Assembly: GCA_965649765.1 (NCBI GenBank) | Contig: OZ287755.1 | Coordinates: 6,386,001 to 6,450,000 of the forward strand | DNA length: 64,000 nucleotides | From: Bispira polyomma | Lineage: Eukaryota | Direction: 5' to 3' | Shown: one piece after another, positions 37,251 to 51,300 of the stretch | How positions within the stretch are numbered: the stretch's first letter is position 1 | Layout: each line of letters begins with the position of its first letter | The notes under the pieces: model-generated | Seen by the model: only the letters and a program-made list of their open reading frames with translations | Databases searched by the model: none | Told to the model about the DNA's origin: nothing | Position numbers and translations under genes: made by a program

Positions 37251-39301
37251 TCTTTCCTATTGCAACTGTACTGTCATTTGTATTGTTTTAATTGTCATAT
37301 TTTCGGATTTATTTTTAATTATTTTTTTTTTTCATTGTGTAATGTAATATTAGTTGTATTAGTGTCTTTCCTATTGGTATTGTAATTGTACTGTCATTTG
37401 TCTTATAAAAAAAATAGTTTCAACCTGATTGTACATAAATATTAAATTAATAGATGCAATGTAAGTTACAACTTCTTTTGTCAATCAGTTAATCAAAAAA
37501 TATGTGACTTGTACAGTGAAAATTTTTTGACAACTTATGGTATCTTAAGTGACTGTATCCAATTAGGACATACAAATAATAACTTTACAGGTAATGAGTT
37601 ATATGACATTTTTGAATATGTTGGTACCAATTAAATTGCATGTATCGTTATATTTGATCACGTGATCAAGATGTTGTAATTGTATATGTTTTTGTTGTTC
37701 TTTCTCAAAAAATGTTCCCACAAATTGTGTACGATATTGTACGATAAATAAATAAATAGGAGAATAAGGGAGTCCAAATAAAGCAGCCCTCCACTGTCAA
37801 ATAGTGACTCCCCCAGCCTTTTTATTACTGATATGCTGATAATCAGTGATTGCAATTTGTGTTTGGGTTGCACTTTTGATTATTATTGTGTCGGTTCAGT
37901 GTTTAACTTGTGATTAATGTGATCTACTTATCAGTGGAGAAATGTACAAACTTTTGTTGAATTAGTAACATTTATTAATGATTATTCCGAAGATCTTGGC
38001 TGTACATAAATTGTTGATCCATTCTTACACTCTTCATACACAACACCAAAATATACTGACTAAAGCATATTTCAGATCTGTATTTATAGTATGTAGGTAT
38101 GATCAAGTTTGATGTAGAAGCCAAAGTCAGTTGCCTTTTTACAGTTAAAGGTGAACATTTCTATAATAGAAGCCACAGTACATTGTTTTTATTACACACA
38201 GGGCAGTCCTGTAATTTTATTAGGAGCTGGATGTTAATAGGAAAGAAGCTGTAATTTATCACAGCTAATTACAGTCTAAAATGTGTGATTAAGTAGCTGA
38301 ACTGGCTTTAGTGCTGGTAATCAAGCCCACCCTTTGATGAATGGAATTAAATAGAAAGCCACAGCTCTAAATTGATTTGTTTGATCTAACTGGATGTGTG
38401 ATAAAATAGCTTAACTTGCATTATTGTTGGTAATCAATAAAAAATATATATCTTCAATATGTTTAATAAATTAATAATAATTATTTTTTTAATAATAACA
38501 TTATTTATATTCCTTTTAATGTTTGTTTGTGAAAAGAGAAAGATCACTGAATGCTAGATGTATTCAAAAATATAGTTTATGTGGCTATACAGCTTAAATA
38601 CACAATACACAAAAGAAAGATCACTGCTATTATTAAAATGTAATTTTAATTAGTATGTATATGAAATCTAGTTTTCCCTTTTATTCCAATCTCTTAAAAT
38701 AAGCCTATATATAATCCCTGTTGGATAATGGTATGATACAACTAAGGTATATCATAATAATAAATTCATTATTTGGTTTTATTAATTATTCCTTCTTTAA
38801 AAAGCAAATATTATGAAGGTGAAATAAAAACAAAATCAATAGTGTTCCATGGCACTCCATCAATACTTTATTGATTATTTGCGCCATAATTAATACCATC
38901 TGGTAAAGTGACAACATCCAGTTAGTTCACTAGGAAATAAGAGAGCTTCTAAATATGGGATCTACTATTTTTGTTTTAATGACAAAAATTGGTATGGCGC
39001 AAAAAGTAAAATGATTTTTTTTTTATGATTGCAATGTTTGTGTTTTAAACTGCTGTTAGATACAGGGACTGTGTCGAATTAAAAATAATTCTGTCGGACA
39101 CAGCAACAAGTTGAAAAATAATGAAGTGACGTAAAAGCATAATAAACTCTTAAACTGATATTGAGAAATATTTCTTTATTTAAGAAAATAATTTTGTCTA
39201 TGCTATAGTAATTCATTTTTTGTCAATTCCACTAGACCCTAAAATTAACATGAATTTCCTGACAATCACCAAATAAGCCATATGTCACAGTAGCATGGAA
39301 C

Positions 39302-42300
39302 CTAATATGACTTTCTCTTCCACTTCTTTCTGATGATGTCTGCAGCATTTTCTCCTATCATTATGGTTGGTGCCATGGTGTTTCCTGAAACTGCATTTGG
39401 CATGATGGATGCATCTGCAACCCGGAGATTCTTGAACCCTTTGACCCTGTTCAATGTACATTAAAACATACCTCTAAATGATTGACATTTGAAATATATT
39501 TGGGTATCACTTAGGGTAAAAAATATTTTGTGAATAAAAAAACTAAGCTCGTTTTGGCCACAATTGAAATCCACTCTAGTACCTGTTTAGGTTGTATTGG
39601 GACAGGTTGTTGGAATCGCTGGAGGAAACACTGCATACAGTTGATCAAGGTTCTGCATTGAAACCAGCGGCCCACAGTAAGGAACTACCACTTTTCCCAC
39701 GTATCGAACCCACACTAGTCGATCCCAGAGATGAGAGACCAGTGATTGTGAAGGTAACCACTAGGCCACCACGGCCCCCACGTTTTGGCCACATGTTACA
39801 CTACTTTTTAGATTTGGTATAAACATCCATCTAAAACATTATTTCGTTTATGACATTATCAACTTTTGGAAGACAAGTTATCTTTTTAGGTGATAATTTT
39901 CTGATAAAGGATATAATACTGTTACATAATGATAGTCATCATGATAGGACGTCTGCGTGTTAATATATTGACCAATGATGCTATCACCATCCAACTGAGT
40001 TTATTCAGAGTTGTATGACCTCACAGTGTTTTAATTCAGTACTAATTGCAAGATAAAAAAATGTGACCCGTTTGGTGGTAATATAATCCATAATAAGCAG
40101 ATGAATGACTACAAACTAAATCGGTGTGCAATGTACAACAATTGTGTACAACACAACATATGCAGTGATGGCTGTTCAATCATATAATATAGGTCCTGGA
40201 CATAAAAAAAAATAATTTGATTTCATACACCCCAAAAAAAATAATGTTGGCACACTAAATATGGAATCTAGCAAAAAAATTATCTTTGTGCGCTTTTTTC
40301 ATAGTGGACATAGTAAAATAATTATACTTGGAAAGTTTTCAATTGCTTATATTTTGCAAACCCATTAATCATACATGTATTAAACAGCTTTGGTAATACA
40401 CATTTTAAGTGACAATATTTTATGACATTTTAAATATTAAAAAAATTATTTAATAATCGAAATAAAACAGCATGTATTACAGTGCTTGAAACTGGCAGTA
40501 TTTAGGTGCTTGATCAATGTTCTGAAATAATAATAATTTCACACTATTGTGCATTAATTTCATGTCAGCCTAGTCATTTTAATTTCTGTACATCGATACG
40601 ATATTACAGGTAATATTTCGGGTGACTGTTTGTTTACTTGATTAATCATGATAAACACATTTCAGCATCATTTTATTGGTGTAACATGTCGGTCATTAAT
40701 GAATTTACTTGTAGGAAGCTAAATGAATTGATAGAAGATTAATACACTAACAATAAAGCTGAATATTTTTACCATGAAAAAAAAAGAATAAATATAATTT
40801 GCAGAACCACAATTTTAATACATATTCACCTTAAGGTGTCGTCTACCACTCCTGTTACACCAGGATCCATCTTGCAAGTTCCCATGTAATGTAAACCTGA
40901 GAAGGACAAGTAGGTCAGGTGGCACCGCCAGTACTCATTTGTACCAAAGGAGAAGTCACTGCAGACTTCCAGGGGTGGAGCAGCAAACTCTGCCCCAATA
41001 GACTGAAAACTTTCTGTTTCAATTAGTGATTGCATAAAGCGAGCACCTACAAAAAATTATGATACATATATATACTTTTATATACATCATTACCTTTATT
41101 TCCACCATAGAAATTATGTTTTTGTTTCTTTATGTGTTTGTTTGTCAAATTAATAATACCACCCCAAAAATGACTGATCTGATTTTCTTGTTGAGGCGAT
41201 AGAACATAAAAAAATAAAATATTTCAAAGTAATTAAATGGCTGTAATTAACTGTTTCAAAGAAAAATATTTGAAAGTTTTTATACAGAGTGAAATCTTTG
41301 TACATTTATTTGTGAAATTTTGATACAAACAGAATCAAGTAGACCATGTACTTTTCGTGCAACTTGGGAATGGGGGGCATGCCTTCAAAAATAATGTTTA
41401 AAGTGTTACCTTCTATGAAATCCACCATATCTCTGTCGTCTTCCAACATGGCAAGGTTCACTTTTGGTGCAGAAAAGATATTGCTGTCCCTCAACCTGAC
41501 CTTTCCAAATGTTCTGTGATGAAGGTGTAAAGCAGCTATTGTAAATCCAAATTTGTCTACTTGCTCTACAAGTAATAGACCAGTGGAGTATTGCAAAATG
41601 ATGCTTCAAAATTAGACTTAGTGTGCCACTATGTAAGAATCAGTGGTTTCTTCCTAATAAATATATTATTTTATTTACTTTACTTAGAGTAAGTAATTTT
41701 TTACGCATGAAACAACTATTGTGATATCACAATGGGCTACATTAATATCTAATAAACAACTTGTTCGATATTGCAATGGACTGTTTCCTGGTAAAATAAG
41801 TTATGATTTAGTTAGTCAAGAATGTTGCACCATGAAGCTTAACAACCTTACACAAGTCTACTGTCTTACCTACATGCTTGAGCACATGTTTATATAACTA
41901 CACAAGTGAAAGGAGAAAGTATTACCATTGTGCAAATTAATTTTTTGGGACTGTAGAGGTCACAATTATTATTGTTCAATTGTTGTATTTATTTTGTAAC
42001 ATATGCTGGATCAATACACTTATTAAGTCACAACAGAAAACCTTCTCTGAGATTTGTTTAAATATATCACATTTTGTATTCGTTTTGATATTATGTGACG
42101 TTACAATACAATAATCTGTATGTGGTTGTTTTAATCATTCTATGACAAAACAATAAAGTTTAAAATTGTGTAGTCATGTCAAAAATAGTCAAAAACATCA
42201 CCATTGAATCATTTTAAGGCCGCTATAGTGTGAATATAGGCTGACATGATATTTCATAGGTGTTATAAATTTTTTGGCGATATGTTTGTGTGTTTATGTT

Positions 42301-45300
42301 ACAATAAAAATAATAACTTACCAAGTAGTGTTGAGCAATCTTAAGATAGTTTCTTTAGTACAGAGAAAATGGACACATCATATAAAAGGTTAGTTCAGAT
42401 GTTTAACATTACAGTTAATCTGTTATATGAATTGTCTGTTATTATACAATAAACAGTAAATTATCAGGATATGTTATCAGGATATATAGTTTTCATATAG
42501 GTTTTTTATCTAATAATAATAATGTTATTTTGTATAGGTGTTGTAGCAGCACTTTGTTAATCTAATGGTCTCCCTCTGATGTGCTGTGAAACTTATAACG
42601 CTGTACAAAATCACATTATTGTTCTGTGATCTTATATCACATAAGAACATGTCAGTGACATCTCATGTGCAAGAACACATGTGATTATTTATCATGTACT
42701 AACACACTATTTATCTTCTGCAAAAAACCTGTTCTTTAAGCTGGTGAACCTAGCTGATTTGAATGTAGGAAATATTCATAAAAATATATTTACAATTACA
42801 GTTTTGCACACACTTTATTATGTGTTTATTTACCCTTTATTATACAGAACTACAAGGCCACATTGTTCAGGCAAGATTAGCCAACCCTCCTTCAGGCACT
42901 TACAATATGTAAAATACACAGTATGAAAGTATCAAGTGACATACCTGGTGATCTTACATAAATATCATCTATGAAGAGAAGCTGTAGAAATGGAAAAGTT
43001 TCACTTTCACTTTGGCTGCTTGCTTTTTTAAATGCCACGCCTAAAGTACCAGGACTTGCAAATGGTCCTGTCTCACACAAATATATCAACTGATTGTGTG
43101 TCTGACTGTGTGTATTAGTTAAACAGACCAACAAAGAAGTATTATTGTATTATTTTTTATATAAATAGGAAAATCTGTGCAGGTAAGTTTGTTAAACCAA
43201 CCAATGGCAGTCAGCAAGTCTACCACCAACTTTATCACATAGATTCCATGGTCCAGACCCCAACCCATGACTGCAAAGGGGAGAATGTTTAATATAGAAG
43301 TTTAAAGGGGCCACGGTGGGCTAGTGGTTAGTAAGCATTGTGCTTCACAATCACTGGTCTGTCACCTCTAGAGATCCACTGGCGTGGGTTCACCTCCCAT
43401 CAATGTCTATGTGGTACAAATAAAGGTGGTAGTTCCTCACTGTGGGCCGCTGGTTTCAGTGCAGAACCTTGATCGACTACTTGCAGTGTTCACCCCCAGT
43501 GTTTCTAACTACCCGTCCTAATATAGCCCAAACATGTACTAGAGTGAACATTAAATATCCCAATTAAATATATATAAATATATGCGTAAGTGTAAACACA
43601 CTTCCACTGAATTGACAATCATATGTAGAAATAGTTGCAGATAATTCCTTACCCGTCCCATTTAATATGAAACTTAGTAGATTCTCAAAAGATTCAAAAT
43701 CTTTTGGTCGGCGAGAGATAGGTTCATTGATAAAAAAGCCAAGGGAGATGAAGATGTGATCATTCAGTTCATTTCCAACGGGTAGATCTTTAACTACTGG
43801 TATCTGTAATAATCAGCATTATTACTATTATGATTTGCAGAAATGACCATGCATAATATTAGTGTACAATAAATGAAACATAGATACAAATGGGTTATTG
43901 ATCCCACTTAAAATCTTTGTTTAATATTTAGAAAGAACACTGTAATGTTGTGTATTTACATTTATATATGTTTAATAAATGGTTTAGATATAGTTTGCGG
44001 CTAAAATATATAAAATGGGTCAAATTAAACACTAAGAACTTACTTTCATTCTCTTAAGATGACTTTGGGGTCCTATTCCAGAAAGCATTAGCAATTTAGG
44101 GCTATTCAATGCACCAGCACAAACAATAACCTCTCTTTTTGCACGGACAAAGTATGTCTTGTTTTTTATTTTATAATATACCCCGGTGGCTTTACGAGCT
44201 TTTGTCTTAATCTGAAAAATTACAAAGTCAGATTATAATAAAAAAGGCATCATACACACATGCATTAAAGTAGGAAAAATCTTACCTTTACAATATTAAA
44301 AAAATCAAACGGGACAAAACAACACCAATTGGTGATATTGATTAAAATTCCTAACAAGCTTTCTTACTTAATATTACTTCAAATTGAAATATTATTTTTA
44401 CACTACCGGACAGTGATACATATCCCCATGATAACGCCAAAAAGATTGGTGCTACCATCGACTGTTTTCTCATTGGATACACACATTAGCAACATTTGTC
44501 ACTCCTGTTACTATCACAATAATGATATTCAAATAATCAACAATCAATTGTCACTAAAAATAACCATCTAAGTGGCTAACTCCCTTGAGAGTAGCTGACT
44601 TGACTGCTGCAATTAATTTCTGTTGGAGGTATAAACGTCTCATAAACAAGCTATAATTCATTCCAGACTATCTGGGCAGTCATGTTTGTCTGGAAATCCT
44701 TACTGTTGTCTCTCCATACCTCAAAATATTACATTGGCGTCCTTGTGACTGTCGAATTTTGCATAAGATTCACATAACCGCTTTCAAAGTTGCTATCCTT
44801 TAAGAGCACGACTATTTTGCTGCTCGCCTTCCCCAACCTAAAAAAACTCACTTATATAGTTTGCATTAACAGCCATTTTGCAGAGATGATATTTCTATTT
44901 TTTTTTAATCAGTGATGCGATGGTAAAGTGATTCTCTCATCAACTGATTTATCTCACTAAAGGGGGGTTTGTGTTAAGAAAAATGATCATTTAAATTCTG
45001 ACATTTTCGAATGTCATACTGATCAACAAGACAGAAAACACTTTGTAAAAGTCAAAATTGGAGTGAATATATATAATATAATAAATGTATATGCACCCAA
45101 TAATATTGCATAATCCTGCTTATATTTCCTACGTACTACTTGTGGGTGATTTCAATACTGCCATAAATAAGGAAGATAGAAAGCCAGTTATAATTTCCTC
45201 TTGTTCTAAGCTGCTAGTAAACCTAGTAAATAATCTGGGTGTCATTGATGTATGGAAAAATCAGAATCCTATTGTTATTGAATATACATAGGAAAGTCCT

Positions 45301-48300
45301 GGTAACCCAAACTTTAAAAGTAAAATTGACTAAACATTTATTTCAAAAGAATTGCTGTCACTTAAAATTTAAAAAAAATGCTTAATTGTCCATGCTCCTG
45401 TCTGTGATCATAAGGAATGAGTGTTAAAACAGAACAGCAGTAATGATAAACGAATTCCTAACTATTAAAATTGAAATATTTCTGTCGTAAAAGATAAAAT
45501 AATTTTGACTGATGTAAATAATATGTGTGACCAAGGAGAGATGTCTGTGTATGAGTAAAGGCACAAGATGGGACCTCTTTAAAATAAAATATTTTGCAAA
45601 ATAAACAATTTAAGATATATTAAATTATTCAATATGCCGATCATTCAGTCATAATACTTTAAAATATTCAACAGATAACACCCATCTTAGCCATTGCAAA
45701 CAAATTTGGTAAACTCTCTGGACTAAAACCTAACCTTGACATAACAAAGATTATTTTGCTGGGTGCGTTGAAAGGATCTATGGTTAGCTGTAAAAACATA
45801 GAATGTGTAGGTTTCATTGAAAGTTTGGGAATATACGTGGGACATAACAAAGACTTACGCATTAAAAAGATAAAATCATTACAATGGACAAACTGTTGCT
45901 AATATATAGCAGTAAAGGTCACTGGGAAAATTTTGATTAAAAATCCCTAATTTTGCCAATAATTTATTTTTCAGCATTAAACTGCCATACTCCCCTGTAG
46001 ATCCCAAAGACTGTTGCTAAACTATACTTCAAATTTCTGGCCTTGAAATAATTTCAGACATTAAGAAACCTTTCCCTGCTCTAAAGGCTGTGTAATGCAG
46101 GAGATGATAGTACATGGTTATTTATTCCCCGATATTACTTAAACAAGCTCAACATACTTGATATTATCAATCTACTGAACATCCAGAATACAATAATGTT
46201 TGTACATTTGTAATTTATACCACCTTTTTACAGAAAGGTAATTGTGGGTTAACTCCATAGTAATGAGAAATTGGTTAATTATAAACATGATATTCAATCA
46301 ATAAAGTGAATACCAAGAAATACTGTACTTTTAAAACTTAAATTGAAGGTGGTATGATTTAAATAGAGGATTTAAAAATTATTAAAGACAAAATTTGTGA
46401 AACATACATGCTCCCAAAATTGACAATAAAATCAAAACTATTCAAGTGAAATACATCAAGTAAAATATGGTGTAAAACATTTACTTAATGAAAACATAGT
46501 TCTTCCACTTAATAATATGCATAATGCTTTGATTTGTGCAACGAAATATAAATTCAAACAAGAACATTACATTTAATTGTTAAACAAAAGATTATACAAC
46601 CTAAGTCTTGGGAATACTTCAATAATTTGTTGAATTTAGAGAATTATAACTATGCCACAACATATATATTTAAAATAAAGTATATCTCTGATAAAAATTG
46701 TGTGAATTTGATTATAAGCTTCTGAGTAATATTTTACCATGTCGGAAAAGACTTTTTAACGGGAGGCTAAAATCAAACGATAGGTGTTTGCAATGTGGGA
46801 ATTTGGAAACAGTAGAACATATGCTTTTTTAATGCCCATGTGATATAATTACGATTTTCTTAGTGCTCAACCTAAATTTAAGCTTTAAAATGTTATTATT
46901 AGGTATGCAAAATATAAAAATTAACTGGGTATTTTCGATTGTTCAGTACTTTATATATAAATAATGGGCTAGCAATATTGACAATATTGACAATTCCTTA
47001 ATGTATTTTTTGGTATTGTTAGCATATTACAAAATATACTCTGCATTATTTAAATAGCATGCCATTAAGAGTGAACCTTTTATTTGAAACTATTGTTTAT
47101 GTTCTATTTCTAAATTCCTGTCGTAATAATAGCAATAAAGAAAGAAATCTCAATAATGAAACCCTGTGATTTATCCTTTTGCTCTGCATTTTGAGAATAA
47201 AATTCTAAAATTAAGTCAAAAAAGTACAGTGATGGTGAATGTCATGTAATATGTGTATATATTATTTCCCCTCTCCTCTCTCTGTAAGCTTTTATTTCTG
47301 TTTCCTCTGTAAAACCTACAAAGAGGGTTGTATCTAAAGCTTTATATATTGTTGTCGTTATGCTATGAATTCGTCTTCTAATTGAGCTTAGATCACTTAA
47401 ACAACATTCTAGGTTTAGAAAAAAGCTTAAAACGTATCTCTTCAGTTGTACATCTTTACATTCTTTCTAAAACATTATTGGTGAAGATGCATAAATAATG
47501 TATGATTAGTACTACTACTTTTTATTATGTAAAGTGCAAAATTTTCCATTGTTTACATTGAAACTCATGCATGGGAATAATAAACATGTATAATGTGTTC
47601 CATCTTGCCAAAATCGTTTTTTATGGACGCATCTTTGCTGGAAAATCTGTAGTGTTAGAGCTATTAATATTAACATTTCTAATGCCACTAACATAGACAT
47701 GTATTTTAATTCTACCTTGAAAACGAAGGCATTCAGGACCACTTTCAGATTGAATCTGCCAATATTTGGCCAGATGTAGGCTTCCGACATACTGGCTCGT
47801 CTCCCATTTTTGATACTGATTTGATTTGTTGCAAATCCTGCAAAACAATAAGCTTATGCTCTGAATGTTGTTTTATTAATCAAATTGCTTAGTCATATTT
47901 CTCTGAACTCCACAAATGGCCTAGTGGTTAAAGTGTCGGACTCTGTATACCAGGAATTGTTGAGAGCCCAGGTTTGATCCTCACTGCAGACTTGGAGATT
48001 GTACTTTTGGACAAAGTGCTTTACACAAAGTTGTCTCTCTCTACCCAGGTGTAGTAGGTAGGTACCGGGCTACAAATGGGTGTTAGTCTAATGCACTGTA
48101 TGTGGCAGCCCGGCTAGTCTACTACCTGAGGGAGCTGAGACTGTACAATGAACCTAGGCTCGGGTTTATGTCATAAGCACATTAGATAACAGTGATGTTT
48201 ATAATGCACTATATCAAATGAATAATTTATTATTATAATGTATGTGTAAGGTCACAATTGAACAAAATATATAATGTAGATTTATGGACATTCAGAAACA

Positions 48301-51300
48301 TATGTTGAGACATGAACATAGCTTCAGAAAAGAAAATTCATTATTATAAAATATAATATTAATACCTTATACCTTAGACCTTTTAACAATTGAGGAATGC
48401 GCAAAGGCGTTAAAATTGTTACCAAATAACATGCTGTTTAAAAGTTTTCAATACTCATTTCAAAATAAAACATTAAGTCAAGCACAAAAAATAGATTTAT
48501 TTAACTTGATGTCCAAAGGACAAAACAATTTAAGCTATTTGTCAAATTGGATTTTCAAGGTAACACGTGTGTGGCAACCATAAATGTAACAAAAGCTACA
48601 AATGTAGCTATAACCACAAATGTAATAATTTCCAGCCACATATGTAGCAATGTAACCACAAGTGTAGCAATGTCCAAGCACAAATATAGTAATCTCCAAA
48701 AAAAGTTATAGCCACAAATGTAACAAATTGAGAAACCACAAACGTAATAACCACAAATGTAGTAAATCTCCAAACTGCTAATGTAACAAATAGATTGGCC
48801 AAGAGTAAAATGGTTGTATGGCCTTGAAACATTATAAAATGCCTTTTTTATTTTTTAATGGATCATTTAAACATTGGATTATAATCACAACCTTCCTCTA
48901 TTTAAAAAAAGAATCATTGACAAAAAAATAAATTTATGATCTTCTGTTTGTAAAACCCTAAACTATAACTTTAAATTTTAAATAGTGTGTATTACTGTCA
49001 TCTGTGTGTATTACTTAAAATTACCCCGTAATACTATTAAAAATATATATATGCGTATTTAAAGAATTAATAATATATTATCTTGTTTTTTTGAAGATAA
49101 TTTTGTGTTTTTGTGCATAAGGCTGTATTTATGTAGTATTGCACACTGTGCTACTGTTTTATACCCAGCAGTGATTAGAGGGTGCAGCTCGGTAGAAACT
49201 GATGGGGGGGGGGGGGAGGTACGGGCGGGGGGACCAATCTAATATTCAGTTCTAAGCTTTATACACATCCAAAGATATGCTGTAAGTTTTGTTAATACAA
49301 AATTCCCTCCACTTTATTCTCTCACAAATTGATCAAAAGTGGTTATATCTACCTTGAACCATATTCAGGTAAATAAAACTCTAAAGCTAATTATCTGTGT
49401 TAACAAGTCTGTGCTTCTCTAGTTTCGAACTTGCATTGTGACCTCGCAAAAGACCGAAGCGGATAATACATGGCAATATTTAAAACTGCTCCTAAATCTA
49501 CAAAAGCCTTAATTCTGGATAGTTCAGTCCTTGTCTCCCTATAGATGTCTCTACCTTTTGTACTATCAGTTCATAAGTCAAAACGGCATTAAAACAAAAA
49601 CCTCTCATGACAAGAAACACATTGGCCCTTCACAAAAAAACCTATAGAGACAAAGAACAAACCATTACCGCCTCATCCTTTTATTTTGAAACCAAGCAAA
49701 TAAATAACAGTCAATGCCCTTGTATAGACATCTGTTAAATTATTTCCCCTTTAATTTAGACAGCATTATAATAAAATTCACATTTCCTAAACTTTGTAAA
49801 CCGCTTCAGGTAGAGATATTTTAAATAAGGAAAATCGTCTCAAAAATTCCACTTGAATAGGTTTTTAAATTTAATGGGGATTACATTTAGAAGGGCTACA
49901 TATTATAAAGGGTAGATATATTTAGAAGGGCCTTTGTATGTTTGAAATTTTAAAAATTATTTTTAATCTTGTGTGTGGGAGCAAGTATATTTTGTTTTGT
50001 GTGTAAGTGAGAAAAGTTATTTGTGGTGTCAGTTTGCTTCTTGTCATGAGGGTTTTTTTAATATTATTTTTTCAACAATAGCTTCATGTTTTTGGATGAT
50101 TTGGGTGGCCCTGAAAAGGGCCGATTGGTGGTCACATGACCAACGGAGTTGGAGAGGAGTGGCTAGTTGTCAGTGGTGCTCGCTGCTGATGAAATTGTGG
50201 TGGTTATGGTGTCTGTTGGTGACTGTATGTCAGCCATATCCCCGAAGCCTGCAGGAGTCTGAATGTTGTCATAGCTGACGTCTGGTGTGTCTCAGCCTCT
50301 GGCGAATAAGGAAGCTCCCAAGGTATTCAGGATGTCACAGTCCACTGACACTGGGTTCACTAACAATGGGTTATTGTAGTACGCTCCACTAGTCCCACTA
50401 GTTCCATTAGTCGCACTGCCTCAAGGTATCCCTTGCTGGCTCAGAAGACCACTGGTGCTGAGAAATAATGGTAATGTAAATAATGTTTATGTTGTCACAT
50501 GTGGCCTGGGCTGCTCATAAATATAGTGTCCCTGTTGTGGTGGTTGAGGAATGTAAGCTGGAGGTGCCATCTGGTACAGCTTGTTGCTGTGGCTGAAACG
50601 CTGGTGTTGAAGCTGCTGCCCTTTCCTGGAGTGTGGTTATAAGGTTGAAAGACTCCCTCCGGAAGTGCAGGAAGGAATGTTCACCACAGCTTCCTCCTGC
50701 TCATCAGTTAACAACACAGCCCTTATCTTCTTCTGTTTTTGACAGAAGGCCACTGCCACCTCCCTGTCCGGTGTGTCCTATGTTTCACGCATATCCTGGG
50801 TATCCTGGTTCAACTGGAAAAAAATGTTCTAGGGTGTCACTGTCTATAGCGGACTGTTACTTTTCTGGAATAATGTCCTCATCATCTGTGTCTCTTACTT
50901 CAAACTCTCTCTCCTCCTCCTGTACTGGCCGTGTCCTCCTTTTCTTGATAGCTCTCCCTTTTTTCGGCATAATTGCAATATGTAATAAACTTAGTCTCAC
51001 CAATAATTAAAATAAAAAATAAAATCCTGTTATAATCATCTATAATGCAATTCTTAAAATAAGAAATAAAATCCTGTTATAATCATCTATAATACAATTC
51101 TTAAAATAAAAAATAAAATCCTGTTATAATCATCTATAATACAATTCTTAAAATAAAAAATAAAATCCTGTTATAATCATCTATAATATAATTTCTGAAC
51201 AAATTGGCAATCGATGTGTCTGAAAGCTTGGATGGATCTGTTTTATACAATCCACTTTCTGCCCCCGATTTGCACCCGAGTTTTCATTTTCACTCCAGAG

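Noticed and set aside
48555-48832. Hydrophobic or Cys-rich ORFs in the TIRs (also 52517..52854)
   Set aside because: They are translations of TIR subrepeats. Only the end of 52672..52854 is genuine LINE RT relic.
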